A stretch of 64,000 nt of DNA from an uncultured Candidatus Saccharibacteria bacterium (GTDB lineage: Bacteria; Patescibacteriota; Saccharimonadia; Saccharimonadales; Saccharimonadaceae): the NCBI GenBank assembly GCA_964406525.1, contig CAYOSC010000001.1, positions 1,174-65,173 on the forward strand, read 5' to 3'. The translations under genes were made by a program, and so were the position numbers. Below, one piece after another: positions 27,509-37,849 of this stretch. A model generated the notes under the pieces. The model had not been told where the DNA came from and did not search any database. It worked only from the letters and a program-made list of their open reading frames with translations. Every line of letters starts with the position of its first letter. The stretch's first letter is position 1.

Positions 27509-27663
27509 GAGATTGAGAGGAAATGAAATAAAAATGAGTGTTGTTGGTACGCTTGTGGTAGAAAACTTATAGTCCTAAAGGAATGTTAGTCTTTCATGGC
27601 AAATTCGTACTCGTTCTCGGCCGTGATGTTACTGACTGTCGACCTGGTGGCCGAAGGCGCTCG

Positions 27664-27849
27664 TTACCAACCCCGATGTTCGCGATCCCAGCGGGCTTCC
27701 GCCATCTCGCGAGCGGACGTATACACGTGTCCGGTGTCCTGGTCGGTATACTGGCCGTGCGCAGAGCTGTAGTTGGCCAAATAGGCCTCTTTCTCAGTTT
27801 CGTGCGGACGACCTGCATCGTCATTCCAGGTGGTTCCCCAAGGATTCAA
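27664..27849 (-). CDS. Candidate 61-aa Trp/His/acidic-rich protein, TTG start, G+C-rich
   Basis: The TTG follows AAGAGGTGA by 5 nt. ~58% G+C by hand count. It has its own near-consensus promoter and a downstream terminator. No homolog recognised. Confidence 0.45.
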   Translation of the reverse strand: MNPWGTTWNDDAGRPHETEKEAYLANYSSAHGQYTDQDTGHVYTSAREMAEARWDREHRGW

Positions 27850-27934
27850 TCATGTCACCTCTTTTCTACATAAAATCCCGTGCAAAATTGCATACACTAG
27901 CTCGGCAAATGAAACCGGTTTGTGTACATTCGTG

Positions 27935-27963
27935 ATTATACTACACCCTAGGACTTATTGCAA
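27935..27963 (-). promoter_or_regulatory. Near-consensus sigma-70 promoter (TTGCAA-N17-TATAAT) overlapping the helicase stop codon
   Basis: Minus strand cTTGCAAtaagtcctagggtgtagTATAAT. It is ~80 nt upstream of the TTG at 27849. Confidence 0.6.
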
Positions 27964-30900
27964 GACTGCTCTGCGTGTCAATGAGTTTTACGATAAATTC
28001 TTTGACCTTTTTCATATTGCGAGTTTTATCGGCCTCAATGAATAATTCGTCATTATCGACAAAATCAAGCGTCGTGAGTTCGTGATAGACGGCTTGCATG
28101 ATCGACTTGAGTTCAGCTTCGTCCGCATCATTATACTCGTAAACCTTGTCGTAGACGCGGCCGTCATCATCAGGAGTGACGAAGAGAATATGCCCACGTG
28201 TGACTTTGTAATTGCGATAATTGAGCGATAAGTTGAGCAGAATCTTGTAAAAGCCGAGTTGTAAACGATATTTATATAAGCTGGGCTGACTGTCCCACTT
28301 TTCTTTGTGGTAATTGCCGGTCTTGTAATCGTAAATCTCGATGGTCTTGGCCTGAGGGTCGACTTCGATATGGTCGACCTTGCCGGTGAGCGGGATGCCA
28401 TCGAAATTCAGACGCTCGGCGGCGAGATTGACTTCGGCTTTGGCGCCTGGATGGCGGAGGATCTCACGAAACTCGGCGAGCGCAATTTGGAGGCTGTGCT
28501 CACCTTTATCGAGTAACTCGCGCTTTTCATCATCATTTAGAATGGCTTTTTTCGATTCGGTTCTAAAAAGTTCGATCGCAGTGCCGTCGTCAATACCCTG
28601 CGAGGTAACTTGCTCAAAGACGGTATGTAGGATATTACCGTAACAAATCGAGAAGTTCGCTGGCTCGCTCGGCGCACGCAAGACTCGTGAGCGATAGACT
28701 TCTTGTGGACCACTATAAATAATATCAATGAATTTCGTGAGATCGGTAGCGGAGAGACGATAATCTTTCATGCGCTCACGCAATAGTTCCATGGCTTGCG
28801 GTTCTAATTTATGATAGGCAGAAATCCAATTCAGCCGCATGGTTTCGATCTTTTGCGCAGTGCTGAGATCGGATTCATGATTGATAATTTCTTGCGCTGA
28901 CTCGAGGAGGAACGGCGAAAGTTGATTAGTATCATCACGACTACTTTCCGATAAGTAGCGGAGTCGCTTAATTTCGCCACCATCTTCATTATGAATGGCG
29001 CTGGTCATGATGAGGTGTTCCTTCGCGCGAGTGATAGCGACGAAGAAGAGGCGCAGCTGCTCGTCGTCCGTAATACCAGTATGGCGTATGTAAGTCAAGT
29101 TCTTCGGTAGGGTCAGTTTATTATTGTTGCCGGTGCTTTTACCCCAGGCAGCATCATCGACGGAAGTAAGGAATACATGTTTAAACTCGAGACCTTTGCT
29201 CTTATGGCTGGTCATGACTTGGACAGCTTGATTACTATCACGGTAAATACTGATGCGCATGATGGGCGTTTGCGAGAGCTCGAAATCAGCAAGCGTCGCG
29301 ATAAAATCGGAGAGATGGGGGAGATAATCGGACTGTTCAGGATGGAGACTGCGGGCATGAGCGAGGACTTTTTGCCGCAGAGTAGCGAGATTCTCGTAGA
29401 ACTCCAAGAGCTCAACATCACTACTATGGGCCTGATAATACGCTAGGAGCGGCGAAGTCATAGTGTCGAGCGGAGCATTACCAATCAGATAATCTAGCCA
29501 GAGCTCGAGTGGCGCGGTAGTGGAAATTGTGGCGAGATGAGATAGAAGTTGTGCAATCTCCTCCAGCTGCGGATCACCAGCGAGATAGTCTAGGGCGGTC
29601 TTATCAGTGCCCCATTTGCGCTCGACAGCACTAAGGGCGACACTGGGTGAGACTTGCCAAAAATCATAGGAAAGGATTTCCAGTAAGTTCTCGACTGGCT
29701 GTTCACGGTTGGCGAGACGATGGATAAATTTCGCGAGATTAATAATCTGGGAAATCTTCGGGTCGAGCAAAATATTATCGCGTTTCTCATAAGTGACGTC
29801 GAGATTCTGAGCTTTGAGATAAGGTAGAATCGGCGCGATATTTTTATGCTTCGGAGCAATAATAGCGATATCTTTTGGATCTTCGCCATTGTCGACCAGC
29901 CGGCGAATTTCTTGGGCAATCCAATAATACTCGGCGACGCTACCTGGGAACTCGTGACGGGTGACTTGCGGGAGAGAATTGGTAGCAGAATGCGCGAGAT
30001 CTTTCATAGAGCGCAGAGTTTTATCGACTTGATAATTCTTCGCGAAGCTATCTTGAATCTGCTCGGCAAGTTTACGAGAAAGACTGAGCACTTCGCTAGT
30101 GCTGCGGTAATTATCGAGCAAGGTAATAACTTTGGCACCGTAATGTTCTTGATAATCACGAAGATTCGAAGCATTGGCGCCCTGAAACTCGAAGATCGCT
30201 TGATCATCATCACCTACCGCCATGACGACAGGCTTCTCGTAATCGGTCAATAATTTAATGAGCTCAAATTGCGAGGCGTTGGTATCCTGGAACTCGTCTA
30301 GAAGAATATATTGGAAAAGCTCAGACAGCTGCATACGAAAACCATCATCAGTTTTGAGATAATTAATCGCGCACTCGATCATGTCGTTGAAGTCATAAAG
30401 GCCTTCATCATGTAGCTTTTGCTCATATTTTTCCATGATGTTGGCGAGCGAGGCGAGCTTTTTATTGGCAATATGATCTTTCAGACGATAGGATTTATCT
30501 TCGAGATGCTTGGGATCACGCACCCAGACTTCGAAGTTTTTATTCTTCCAATCGGAAAGCTTTTTAATCTTGGGCTTTTCTTCGGCAGAACTTTCTTTGA
30601 TGGCTTGGTCGAGATCGCGAGCGAGGATATTTGCGATCGGCTCAACATTGGCAACGATCGGCGTAGACGAACTATGTTGGAGGAGAATCTCCAGAATCGG
30701 TTGATAAGTATTTTCGACGGCAGTTTGGAATTTCTCACGGGGCTTGAGCTCGAGCAGGATAGGTGAAATGTCGTAGCTGAGATCGAGGCTGTCTTGGATA
30801 TTGCGCTCGGCGATCTTCTTCAGGTCTGCTGCGGTGAGGCGAGCAGCTTTGGCATTACTAATGGTAGAGAGAAGATCTTTCACATCGGCGTCTTTGAGAA

Positions 30901-31288
30901 TGTCGAGCGCGGGTAGAGATTTTTGAATGTCATAAATGATTTTGTACTGAGCAGTTTCGTCGATTGCAGAGTCGAGCTTGCGGTCGAGGTGCTCAGCGTA
31001 ATTTTTATAACGGTCGAGAATATTCGAGCCGAAAGCATGATAGGTGTGAATATTGACATCGAGGGCAGCCTTGCCGATCATAGTCTGCAAACGTGCGCGC
31101 ATATTCTCGGCGCCAGCGTCAGTAAAAGTGAGGCACAAGATATTTTCCGGATTAACATCAATGTTTTGGAGAATGTAAGCGACCTTGGCGGAAAGCAGCT
31201 GAGTTTTGCCGGTGCCAGGTCCAGCCAGAACGAGGAGCGGGCCATCGAGATATTCGACGGCAGCTTTTTGCTCGGCATTGAGTGGCAT
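27941..31288 (-). CDS. UvrD/PcrA/AddA-type SF1 helicase with a C-terminal PD-(D/E)XK (RecB/Cas4-like) nuclease domain
   Basis: 1115 aa. Motif I AGPGTGKT, LLDEFQDTN, and MTSHKSKGLEF...VAITRAK. C-terminal GKVDHIEVD...IEIYDYKTG...LQLGFY nuclease signature. Confidence 0.8.
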   Translation of the reverse strand: MPLNAEQKAAVEYLDGPLLVLAGPGTGKTQLLSAKVAYILQNIDVNPENILCLTFTDAGAENMRARLQTMIGKAALDVNIHTYHAFGSNILDRYKNYAEHLDRKLDSAIDETAQYKIIYDIQKSLPALDILKDADVKDLLSTISNAKAARLTAADLKKIAERNIQDSLDLSYDISPILLELKPREKFQTAVENTYQPILEILLQHSSSTPIVANVEPIANILARDLDQAIKESSAEEKPKIKKLSDWKNKNFEVWVRDPKHLEDKSYRLKDHIANKKLASLANIMEKYEQKLHDEGLYDFNDMIECAINYLKTDDGFRMQLSELFQYILLDEFQDTNASQFELIKLLTDYEKPVVMAVGDDDQAIFEFQGANASNLRDYQEHYGAKVITLLDNYRSTSEVLSLSRKLAEQIQDSFAKNYQVDKTLRSMKDLAHSATNSLPQVTRHEFPGSVAEYYWIAQEIRRLVDNGEDPKDIAIIAPKHKNIAPILPYLKAQNLDVTYEKRDNILLDPKISQIINLAKFIHRLANREQPVENLLEILSYDFWQVSPSVALSAVERKWGTDKTALDYLAGDPQLEEIAQLLSHLATISTTAPLELWLDYLIGNAPLDTMTSPLLAYYQAHSSDVELLEFYENLATLRQKVLAHARSLHPEQSDYLPHLSDFIATLADFELSQTPIMRISIYRDSNQAVQVMTSHKSKGLEFKHVFLTSVDDAAWGKSTGNNNKLTLPKNLTYIRHTGITDDEQLRLFFVAITRAKEHLIMTSAIHNEDGGEIKRLRYLSESSRDDTNQLSPFLLESAQEIINHESDLSTAQKIETMRLNWISAYHKLEPQAMELLRERMKDYRLSATDLTKFIDIIYSGPQEVYRSRVLRAPSEPANFSICYGNILHTVFEQVTSQGIDDGTAIELFRTESKKAILNDDEKRELLDKGEHSLQIALAEFREILRHPGAKAEVNLAAERLNFDGIPLTGKVDHIEVDPQAKTIEIYDYKTGNYHKEKWDSQPSLYKYRLQLGFYKILLNLSLNYRNYKVTRGHILFVTPDDDGRVYDKVYEYNDADEAELKSIMQAVYHELTTLDFVDNDELFIEADKTRNMKKVKEFIVKLIDTQSSLAISPRV

Positions 31289-32454
31289 TATTTACGCTCC
31301 AAGATAATCAAGTTCTCGAGATGTGGTGTGCGGGGGAAGAAGTTGTAAGGAATAACGGTTTTGATATTATATTTCTTTAACAACATTTGTACGTCGCGCG
31401 CCTGAGTAATCGGATTACAAGAAAGATAAACCACGGCGACGGGCACTTGTTCGAGAATCCTAGCAATTACGCTCGGCATGCAGCCGGCACGCGGCGGATC
31501 GACGATGACAGTCTGGTCGGGCTGAATGTATTCCAAAGCATCCTCGGACTTCGCCAAGACTGGGGTTGCTATAGCTCCCTCGCAGTTGTGCTCTAATTCG
31601 CGATAGGCGGATTTATCACATTCGACAAGCGTGAGATTACGGTCACGAGCTACCGAGAGACCGATCGTGCCAACGCCAGCATACAAATCTAGGACATTGG
31701 TCGTAGTAATATGCTGCTGAATCTCGCGCAGTACCATTTCGTAAACTGAGAGATTAATTTGGAAGAAGCCATTGGGTGAATAAGTATAGCGCTGACCGAG
31801 AATCTCGTCGGTTAATTTCGGGAAGACGGGATGTGGCTTGTGATTTTCAAAAAGTCCACCGCTAACCTTGCCAGTTTGGTCGCAGCGCAGCAAAAGTGAT
31901 TGGTATTTGCGAGCTTCTTCGTGACGAGCGTTAAGCTGGTCAATAATTTCGCTAGCAGCACGCCAGATTTCTGGCCGCTCGAGGCTCGATTGCGTGATTG
32001 GGACTTTGTGATGCGTACCGCGCTCGCGGATGGCAGGATAAATCTTCTGTTCGTCGATGCAATAATATAATGAATATTCCATTTTATTACGATAGAAGAA
32101 ATCTTGACCATCAGTCTGGACGTCCGCAACGTCAATATCATCAAGGCGAATCTTTTGCTGGCGGAAAATTTCTAGTAGAATCTCACGCTTCTGCTCTAGT
32201 TCATATGCGTAGTCGAAAATCTGCCATGGTGAATTAGCGAGATAATATTCATCGCGGGGAGTAATGCGATGAGGCGAAGGCTGCGAGATCTCTTCAGCGA
32301 TACCTTCGGCATAGCTACTTTTGCCCTTCGTGATGCGCCACTTGGTGACAAGCTCGCCTGGTAGGGCACCCCAGAGCATGATCTTTTTACCGCTCTCGAG
32401 CGTACCGATGCCTTGACCGCCAGGAATGAGCTTATCGATGTGGACTGGGGACAT
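31288..32454 (-). CDS. RNA (uracil-5)-methyltransferase, TrmA/RumA family
   Basis: 388 aa. SAM-binding VLDLYAGVGTIG, VDPPRAG, and YLSCNP with the catalytic Cys. No Fe-S cysteine cluster in the N-terminal part. Confidence 0.8.
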   Translation of the reverse strand: MSPVHIDKLIPGGQGIGTLESGKKIMLWGALPGELVTKWRITKGKSSYAEGIAEEISQPSPHRITPRDEYYLANSPWQIFDYAYELEQKREILLEIFRQQKIRLDDIDVADVQTDGQDFFYRNKMEYSLYYCIDEQKIYPAIRERGTHHKVPITQSSLERPEIWRAASEIIDQLNARHEEARKYQSLLLRCDQTGKVSGGLFENHKPHPVFPKLTDEILGQRYTYSPNGFFQINLSVYEMVLREIQQHITTTNVLDLYAGVGTIGLSVARDRNLTLVECDKSAYRELEHNCEGAIATPVLAKSEDALEYIQPDQTVIVDPPRAGCMPSVIARILEQVPVAVVYLSCNPITQARDVQMLLKKYNIKTVIPYNFFPRTPHLENLIILERK

Positions 32455-33746
32455 TATTCGTACCTCAGGGCGTCAATCGGATTCTTATGAGCGGCTTTCC
32501 AAGCCGGGATCGTACCAGCAATGAAAGCGATCAGCATAATAACTAGCACAATTGGCAGAATAGTCATAATCGAAAAATTGAAAAGGTGGAATGTCGGAAA
32601 GACTTCGAGGAAACCGCCGGGTTGATGGACGACGAAATTCACGATATTGCCGGCAACCATAGCGATAGCAACTCCGAAGAATGACCCCCAAAAACCGAGT
32701 GAAATCGCTTCAAAGGAGAAGTTGAGGAAGATTTTGCCAGAGGACATGCCGAGGGCTTTGTCTAGACCGATTTCACGAGTGCGCTCTTCGACCGACATCA
32801 GGAGAGTATTAACGATACCAATCGCCGCGGCAAGCAAGGCAATGCCACCGAAGATGGTGAAGACAATCATAATTACGTCAAAGAACGAGCGGATCGCACC
32901 CATCATATCGGAAACTGTCATGCCATAGAAACCGTTGTCTTTGAGAGTTTGCTTGATTTCGTCTTCGGTATATTTGGAAGTGTCGAAACGTGTCTGGACA
33001 GCATAGGCAGTCTCGGCCATATCAGGAGGGTAGTTCTTAGTCAGTTCTTTATGAATCGCATCCTCTAGTGCTCGGCTGATAATCGAGCCGTTGACAGCGA
33101 CGATACCTTTAGCTTGGACGCCAACGATTTTTGCTTTGAACTCTTTAGCTTCTTTGGTTACTGGGTCAATCGTGGTAAGGGTAATAGTTTGACCAAGCGC
33201 ATCTTCATCTGAAGTGAAGCCAAGAGCTTCAGGATATCCAGCTTGTAGCGTAATCTCGTACTGGTCAGTATCCTGCTCAGGCAAATGCCCCGCGGTAGTA
33301 GCGATGGTGAAGTCTCCCGGTGGCATTGCGCCAACCGTGATATTATACTTCTTGTCGGTATGGCTACTGGAGACATATTCGATGGCGAGCTGCTTCGCGA
33401 TATAGATATTGTCAGCATCAATGCCTTCAATAGTTTTAAGTTTCGCTAGTTCGTCGTCGGTCAGGGCTGACAGAGTTTGATTAGGATTGTACTCGACCGG
33501 ATCATCACTACCACCCATCATGGCACCCATCGCATTGACTGATCCTTCCGCCATAATCATAATGTAATCTTCCCCACCCAAGCTAGCAGTTTGATCGTCG
33601 ATAAAAGCATTGACGCCAGAGTTAATCGCAGCATTAAGTATAATCGTAAAGCTACCAATAAAGATTGCTATAACAGTAAGAATCGTGCGCACTTTGTTGC
33701 GTAGTAGATTATGATTGGCGGTGCGAATTGTTTCAAAAATACCCAT
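32454..33746 (-). CDS. ABC transporter permease, MacB/FtsX type
   Basis: 430 aa. N-terminal TM helix, large extracytoplasmic domain and a C-terminal FtsX 3-TM bundle. Confidence 0.8.
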   Translation of the reverse strand: MGIFETIRTANHNLLRNKVRTILTVIAIFIGSFTIILNAAINSGVNAFIDDQTASLGGEDYIMIMAEGSVNAMGAMMGGSDDPVEYNPNQTLSALTDDELAKLKTIEGIDADNIYIAKQLAIEYVSSSHTDKKYNITVGAMPPGDFTIATTAGHLPEQDTDQYEITLQAGYPEALGFTSDEDALGQTITLTTIDPVTKEAKEFKAKIVGVQAKGIVAVNGSIISRALEDAIHKELTKNYPPDMAETAYAVQTRFDTSKYTEDEIKQTLKDNGFYGMTVSDMMGAIRSFFDVIMIVFTIFGGIALLAAAIGIVNTLLMSVEERTREIGLDKALGMSSGKIFLNFSFEAISLGFWGSFFGVAIAMVAGNIVNFVVHQPGGFLEVFPTFHLFNFSIMTILPIVLVIMLIAFIAGTIPAWKAAHKNPIDALRYE

Positions 33747-33747
33747 A

Positions 33748-34590
33748 TTAAATCTCGATACTCACTTTCATTTTCCAATTATCATCATCTTCCGTGGACT
33801 TAGTGGTGATTTCGGGCGCTTTTGCTTTTTCATTAGCCTCGATTTTAGTGATAACTTCTGGGGTTTTCATCTTCCATTTACCATCTATCCATTCGCCCTT
33901 CGGTTCGTTTGGTAGGCTATTTACGATGTTGCCGTCCATGATACGAATCTGGCGATCACAAAGTCTGGCGAGGTCTTCGTCGTGAGTGACGATAATGAGC
34001 GTAACGTGTTTCTCCTTGTTTAAGTTAAAAAGCAATTCGATCACTTTGTCGCCAGTGGCTGAATCAAGATTGCCAGTCGGTTCATCAGCAAAAATAATTT
34101 TCGGGTTATTAACGATCGCGCGAGCGATACAAACGCGTTGCTTTTGCCCGCCAGATAGGTCGGTAGCTTTGAACTTCAGACGTTCGCTGAGTTCGACAGT
34201 CTCCAAGGCACGCTCGGCGAGATTGCGGCGTTCACGACGGCCGACGCCAGCGATCTTGAGCGGCAAGACGACATTCTCTAGCACGGTATCATTTGGATTC
34301 ATGAAAAACTGTTGGAAGACGAAGCCAAAAGTGCGATTGCGCAGGCGGTTTAATTCGCGACCACTGAGTTTCGTAGAGTCGACGCCATCAATGCGGACGG
34401 TGCCAGAGGTTGGCTTGTCTAGCAAAGCTAGTAGATGCATGAGCGTAGATTTACCCGAGCCGGATTTACCGACGATCGCGACGGATTCGCCTTCGTAGAT
34501 ATCGAGGTCGATCCCCTTTAGCGCTTCAAAAGCGGTCGAGCGTTTGCCGTAGACTTTGACAAGATCTCGCACTTCAATGACTTTGTTCAT
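33748..34590 (-). CDS. ABC transporter ATP-binding protein (MacB/LolD-like) with a ~55-aa C-terminal extension
   Basis: Walker A GKSGSGKST, signature LSGGQKQR and Walker B IIFADEPT. Confidence 0.9.
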   Translation of the reverse strand: MNKVIEVRDLVKVYGKRSTAFEALKGIDLDIYEGESVAIVGKSGSGKSTLMHLLALLDKPTSGTVRIDGVDSTKLSGRELNRLRNRTFGFVFQQFFMNPNDTVLENVVLPLKIAGVGRRERRNLAERALETVELSERLKFKATDLSGGQKQRVCIARAIVNNPKIIFADEPTGNLDSATGDKVIELLFNLNKEKHVTLIIVTHDEDLARLCDRQIRIMDGNIVNSLPNEPKGEWIDGKWKMKTPEVITKIEANEKAKAPEITTKSTEDDDNWKMKVSIEI

Positions 34591-34628
34591 TCTATTATTC
34601 TACCATATCTTTCTTAATCAAAACTAAA

Positions 34629-35972
34629 CTATTTCGCATATTGCCAGATCTGACCGCTCGGAGTGTCTTTGACAGTAACACCCCGCTGGAGAAGTTCATC
34701 GCGAATATGATCGGCAGTAGCGAAATCACGTTTCAGCTTCGCGTCGTTTCGGGCTTCTAGGAGTTCGTGCAATTCAGCACTGCGATCAGGCGAATCAGCG
34801 CAGAGCTGCAGCCCGAGCAGAGCATCGACACGCTCCCAGAAAGCCAGGCTCACATTCTTCACTTCATCAATCAAAGCGCAGACTTGCGGAGAATTGAGAT
34901 TATCGCTGATTGCATCGAGGAGCGGACGGAAATCAATATCTACACCGCCAGTTTGATAAGCTTCGGCGATGCGATTACGCCAATTCAATCTACGGATGCG
35001 TGCAGCTTCGAGATTATCAAAGTTAAAGTCACGCTCAGACTGATAATGACCTTGCAAGACCCACATCTTGAAGTCCATCGGTGAATAACCTTTGGCCGAG
35101 AGATCTTCGAGCGTCCAAATATTGCCGAGGGATTTGGAAATCTTTTGTTTATCAATGGTGAGAAAATTACAATGCAACCAATATTTGGAAAGTTTTTTAT
35201 CGAAAGCGGCTTCGCTCTGGGCGATTTCATTCGTATGATGTACTGGAATGTGATCAATTCCGCCGCAGTGAATATCAATAGTCTCGCCGAGCTCGGTATG
35301 AATGATCGTCGAGCACTCGAGATGCCAACCGGGATAGCCCGGCCGACCGAGGTAGTCCCAGCGCATCGCGTGTTGCTCACCCGGCTGGATGAATTTCCAG
35401 ACGGCGAAGTCAGATGGATACTTCTTCGCATCGGAGAATTCTACACGAGCACCGGCGCGCAGATGTTCGAGGTCGAGATTGGCGAAGTCAGCATAGTGTG
35501 GGAACTTGCTCGTATCATAATAAATCCCGTCTGGAGTTTCGTAAGTATAGCCCTTACTAGTCAAGATATTTACCAAGTCTTCGTCTTGAGCAATATAATC
35601 GGTCGCGCGAGCCCAGATTGCGGGCGGGACACAATTTAGCGCACGGAAATCTTTTTGGAAAGCCTCGATATATTTCTCGGCGACCATCCAGACCGTCTCG
35701 CCGGATTGACGAGCGCCTTTCTCAAGCTTATCTTCGCCATCATCAGCATCAGAAGTAAGATGACCGACGTCGGTAAGGTTAATCACGCGCTTGACGCCAT
35801 AGCCATTGGCGAGCAAAGTACGCACTAATAAGTCCCAATAAATATATGCGGCGAAATTCCCAATGTGCGGCTGGCTATAAACAGTGGGGCCGCAAGTATA
35901 GATTTTAACTTCGTCGGGATTAAACGGTTTGAAAGTTTCGACTTTGCGCGAGAGGGTATTAAATAATTTCAT
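34629..35972 (-). CDS. cysS: Cysteinyl-tRNA synthetase
   Basis: 447 aa. HIGN (HIGH-type) and KISKS (KMSKS-type) motifs. Confidence 0.95.
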   Translation of the reverse strand: MKLFNTLSRKVETFKPFNPDEVKIYTCGPTVYSQPHIGNFAAYIYWDLLVRTLLANGYGVKRVINLTDVGHLTSDADDGEDKLEKGARQSGETVWMVAEKYIEAFQKDFRALNCVPPAIWARATDYIAQDEDLVNILTSKGYTYETPDGIYYDTSKFPHYADFANLDLEHLRAGARVEFSDAKKYPSDFAVWKFIQPGEQHAMRWDYLGRPGYPGWHLECSTIIHTELGETIDIHCGGIDHIPVHHTNEIAQSEAAFDKKLSKYWLHCNFLTIDKQKISKSLGNIWTLEDLSAKGYSPMDFKMWVLQGHYQSERDFNFDNLEAARIRRLNWRNRIAEAYQTGGVDIDFRPLLDAISDNLNSPQVCALIDEVKNVSLAFWERVDALLGLQLCADSPDRSAELHELLEARNDAKLKRDFATADHIRDELLQRGVTVKDTPSGQIWQYAK

Positions 35973-36835
35973 GATGCATCTTCTTTCAGTAATTGTTTGA
36001 TTCTTAATATTATTTTAGCACGTTTTCCGACGGAGATATCATGCTGACCGATGACGCTGATATATTTTAGATAACGAGGGTTACGGTTGGCGGCGCGTTT
36101 GAGATTTGAACTCATGACGAGTGGATCAAAATGTCCGTGAATAATTAAAGTGGGTCGATGCAACTTCACGAAGGTTTGATAGTTCGTGCGATTCAGGATA
36201 ATATTTTCCATTGAGCGCTCGAACGCTTTAGTCTTAATATAATCACTGCGGAAACTACTAAACTTCTGAATGATTTTAGCGATGACTTCGGCGGCCGCAA
36301 CGTCTTTGGCAAAGCTATGAATTGAGCGGTAAGATTTCGTGTAAATCTGGTCGGGCAATTTTGCGAGATCGCCAGCCATCAAGAGCGGTGGTGAGACTAA
36401 GATCAAGGCAGCTGGTTCGCGAGCTTTTTCGTAATTAGCGACGTAGTCGGCGGCAATCAATGCGCCCATGGAGTGTCCGACTAAGACGATTGGGCGATGG
36501 GCATGTAGTTTCTTAATGGAACGATGCAGTGCACAGTCGTAATCATGATAAGTATATTTCAGCCAGTCGGCTTGCAAGGATTTACCAAAACCGAGAAGGT
36601 CAAAAGCAATTAGCTCAACCGCCGCGAGGTCAGGATCTTTTTCACATTGGCGAAAAGTCGATTGCCAGGTGCTAGAAGTAGCGCTAATGCCGTGAAGAAA
36701 AATTACAGTGAGCTTGGGTTTGCGGACTTTGCGACGGTAAGCGACTTTCAGCCGAATCGGTATACGGAAGACACGGTGCCAAACCCAGGTAGCGGAATTA
36801 TAAAGTTTGCTCGCCATCTTGAGCTTCGTATTCAC
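35969..36835 (-). CDS. Alpha/beta-fold hydrolase
   Basis: 288 aa. GHSMG nucleophile elbow and HGxxD near the C-terminus. The start is uncertain (alternative Met at 36817). Confidence 0.7.
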   Translation of the reverse strand: MNTKLKMASKLYNSATWVWHRVFRIPIRLKVAYRRKVRKPKLTVIFLHGISATSSTWQSTFRQCEKDPDLAAVELIAFDLLGFGKSLQADWLKYTYHDYDCALHRSIKKLHAHRPIVLVGHSMGALIAADYVANYEKAREPAALILVSPPLLMAGDLAKLPDQIYTKSYRSIHSFAKDVAAAEVIAKIIQKFSSFRSDYIKTKAFERSMENIILNRTNYQTFVKLHRPTLIIHGHFDPLVMSSNLKRAANRNPRYLKYISVIGQHDISVGKRAKIILRIKQLLKEDAS

Positions 36836-37799
36836 TTAAAATGCTGGGCAAGATGCGGACGAGATCAGCCACGACGTCCTCGTAATGAGTGCCATAGGTA
36901 CGAAAACCCGCTGCATAAGGATGGCCGCCGCCGCCAAAGTAACCTGCGATCTGCTCAGCGATCGGGAGTGAGCTGCGGATTTTGCCAGTCACCTTACCGT
37001 CCGGATAAGTTTTAACCGCGATACTTACAACCACACCTTCGGTAAGGCGGAGCTCTTCGAGAATTAGAACATTAGGATTATACTCATCGGAATATTGTTG
37101 AATATCTTCGAACGGAATGTGTACCGTAGCAAGCTTGCCGTCTAACGAATAATCGATGCGCTTAATCAAGTCGGCTTTGTAGTCGAGAATGCGCGGAGAT
37201 TTTTTCATAAACTCGCGACGCTCTTCATCGAGTTTCGCCGGATCGGCGCCGAGGTCGATCAAATCCGCCATGGTGCGCATAGTATCGGCACTGACCGAAG
37301 CACTGACTAAGCCGAGCGTGTCGGACGAAATCGCGGAATAAATCGCGCAAGCAGCTTCCTTGTTAATCTCATAGTGATTAGCCTTCGCGACACGATAGAT
37401 TACATTCGCACAAGCCGGCAACGGCTCAATGATGGCTTCGTGCGGGAAGTCGAGATCGTCTTCGGCTTCGTGGTGATCGATTACGAAAACCGGCTTCGTG
37501 TAGAGACAATTCTTAATTGCGGTATCTTCTAGAAGTTTTGATAGCAAAACACTGGATGCGGTGTCGACGATAATGTAACCATCGGCTTTGTAGTCGAACT
37601 CGATCTCAACGCGTGACCAATCTGGAAAATAATGCAAGTAGCGCGGAATGTCGACGGGGCAATATAAATAATTCTCCGTATCTTTCAAAATATAATCCAG
37701 TGCGATCGCCGAGCCAAGTGAATCGCCATCGGGATTCTCGGCCTGGATAATACAAAGGCGCTGCTTACCGTCTAAAAACTTCGCGAACTTTTCATACAT
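36798..37799 (-). CDS. nrnA: DHH/DHHA1 phosphoesterase (NrnA-like oligoribonuclease/pAp phosphatase)
   Basis: 333 aa. DGDSLGS, VIDHH and GGGHPYAAG motifs. Confidence 0.8.
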   Translation of the reverse strand: MYEKFAKFLDGKQRLCIIQAENPDGDSLGSAIALDYILKDTENYLYCPVDIPRYLHYFPDWSRVEIEFDYKADGYIIVDTASSVLLSKLLEDTAIKNCLYTKPVFVIDHHEAEDDLDFPHEAIIEPLPACANVIYRVAKANHYEINKEAACAIYSAISSDTLGLVSASVSADTMRTMADLIDLGADPAKLDEERREFMKKSPRILDYKADLIKRIDYSLDGKLATVHIPFEDIQQYSDEYNPNVLILEELRLTEGVVVSIAVKTYPDGKVTGKIRSSLPIAEQIAGYFGGGGHPYAAGFRTYGTHYEDVVADLVRILPSILSEYEAQDGEQTL

Positions 37800-37849
37800 A
37801 ATATATATTATATGCTATCTAAGGGGATTTAGCAAATAATCAGACTGAG

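Noticed and set aside
27486-27930. The G+C-rich region considered as tmRNA, SRP RNA, RNase P RNA or 6S RNA
   Set aside because: I could not find the tmRNA acceptor/T-arm or a tag ending in hydrophobic residues, the SRP domain IV GGAA/AGCA motif, or the RNase P GAGGAAAGUCC box. The in-frame ...AENEYEFAMKD stretch after the stop does not resemble a degradation tag.
37785-37830. dif-like sequence TTCATACATAA-TATATA-TTATATGCTAT, and similar AT-rich palindromes near 18555 and 51655
   Set aside because: The match to XerCD dif is only partial (about 18 of 25 positions). These sites sit in promoter-like AT-rich intergenic DNA, and the window shows no strand switch expected near a terminus.
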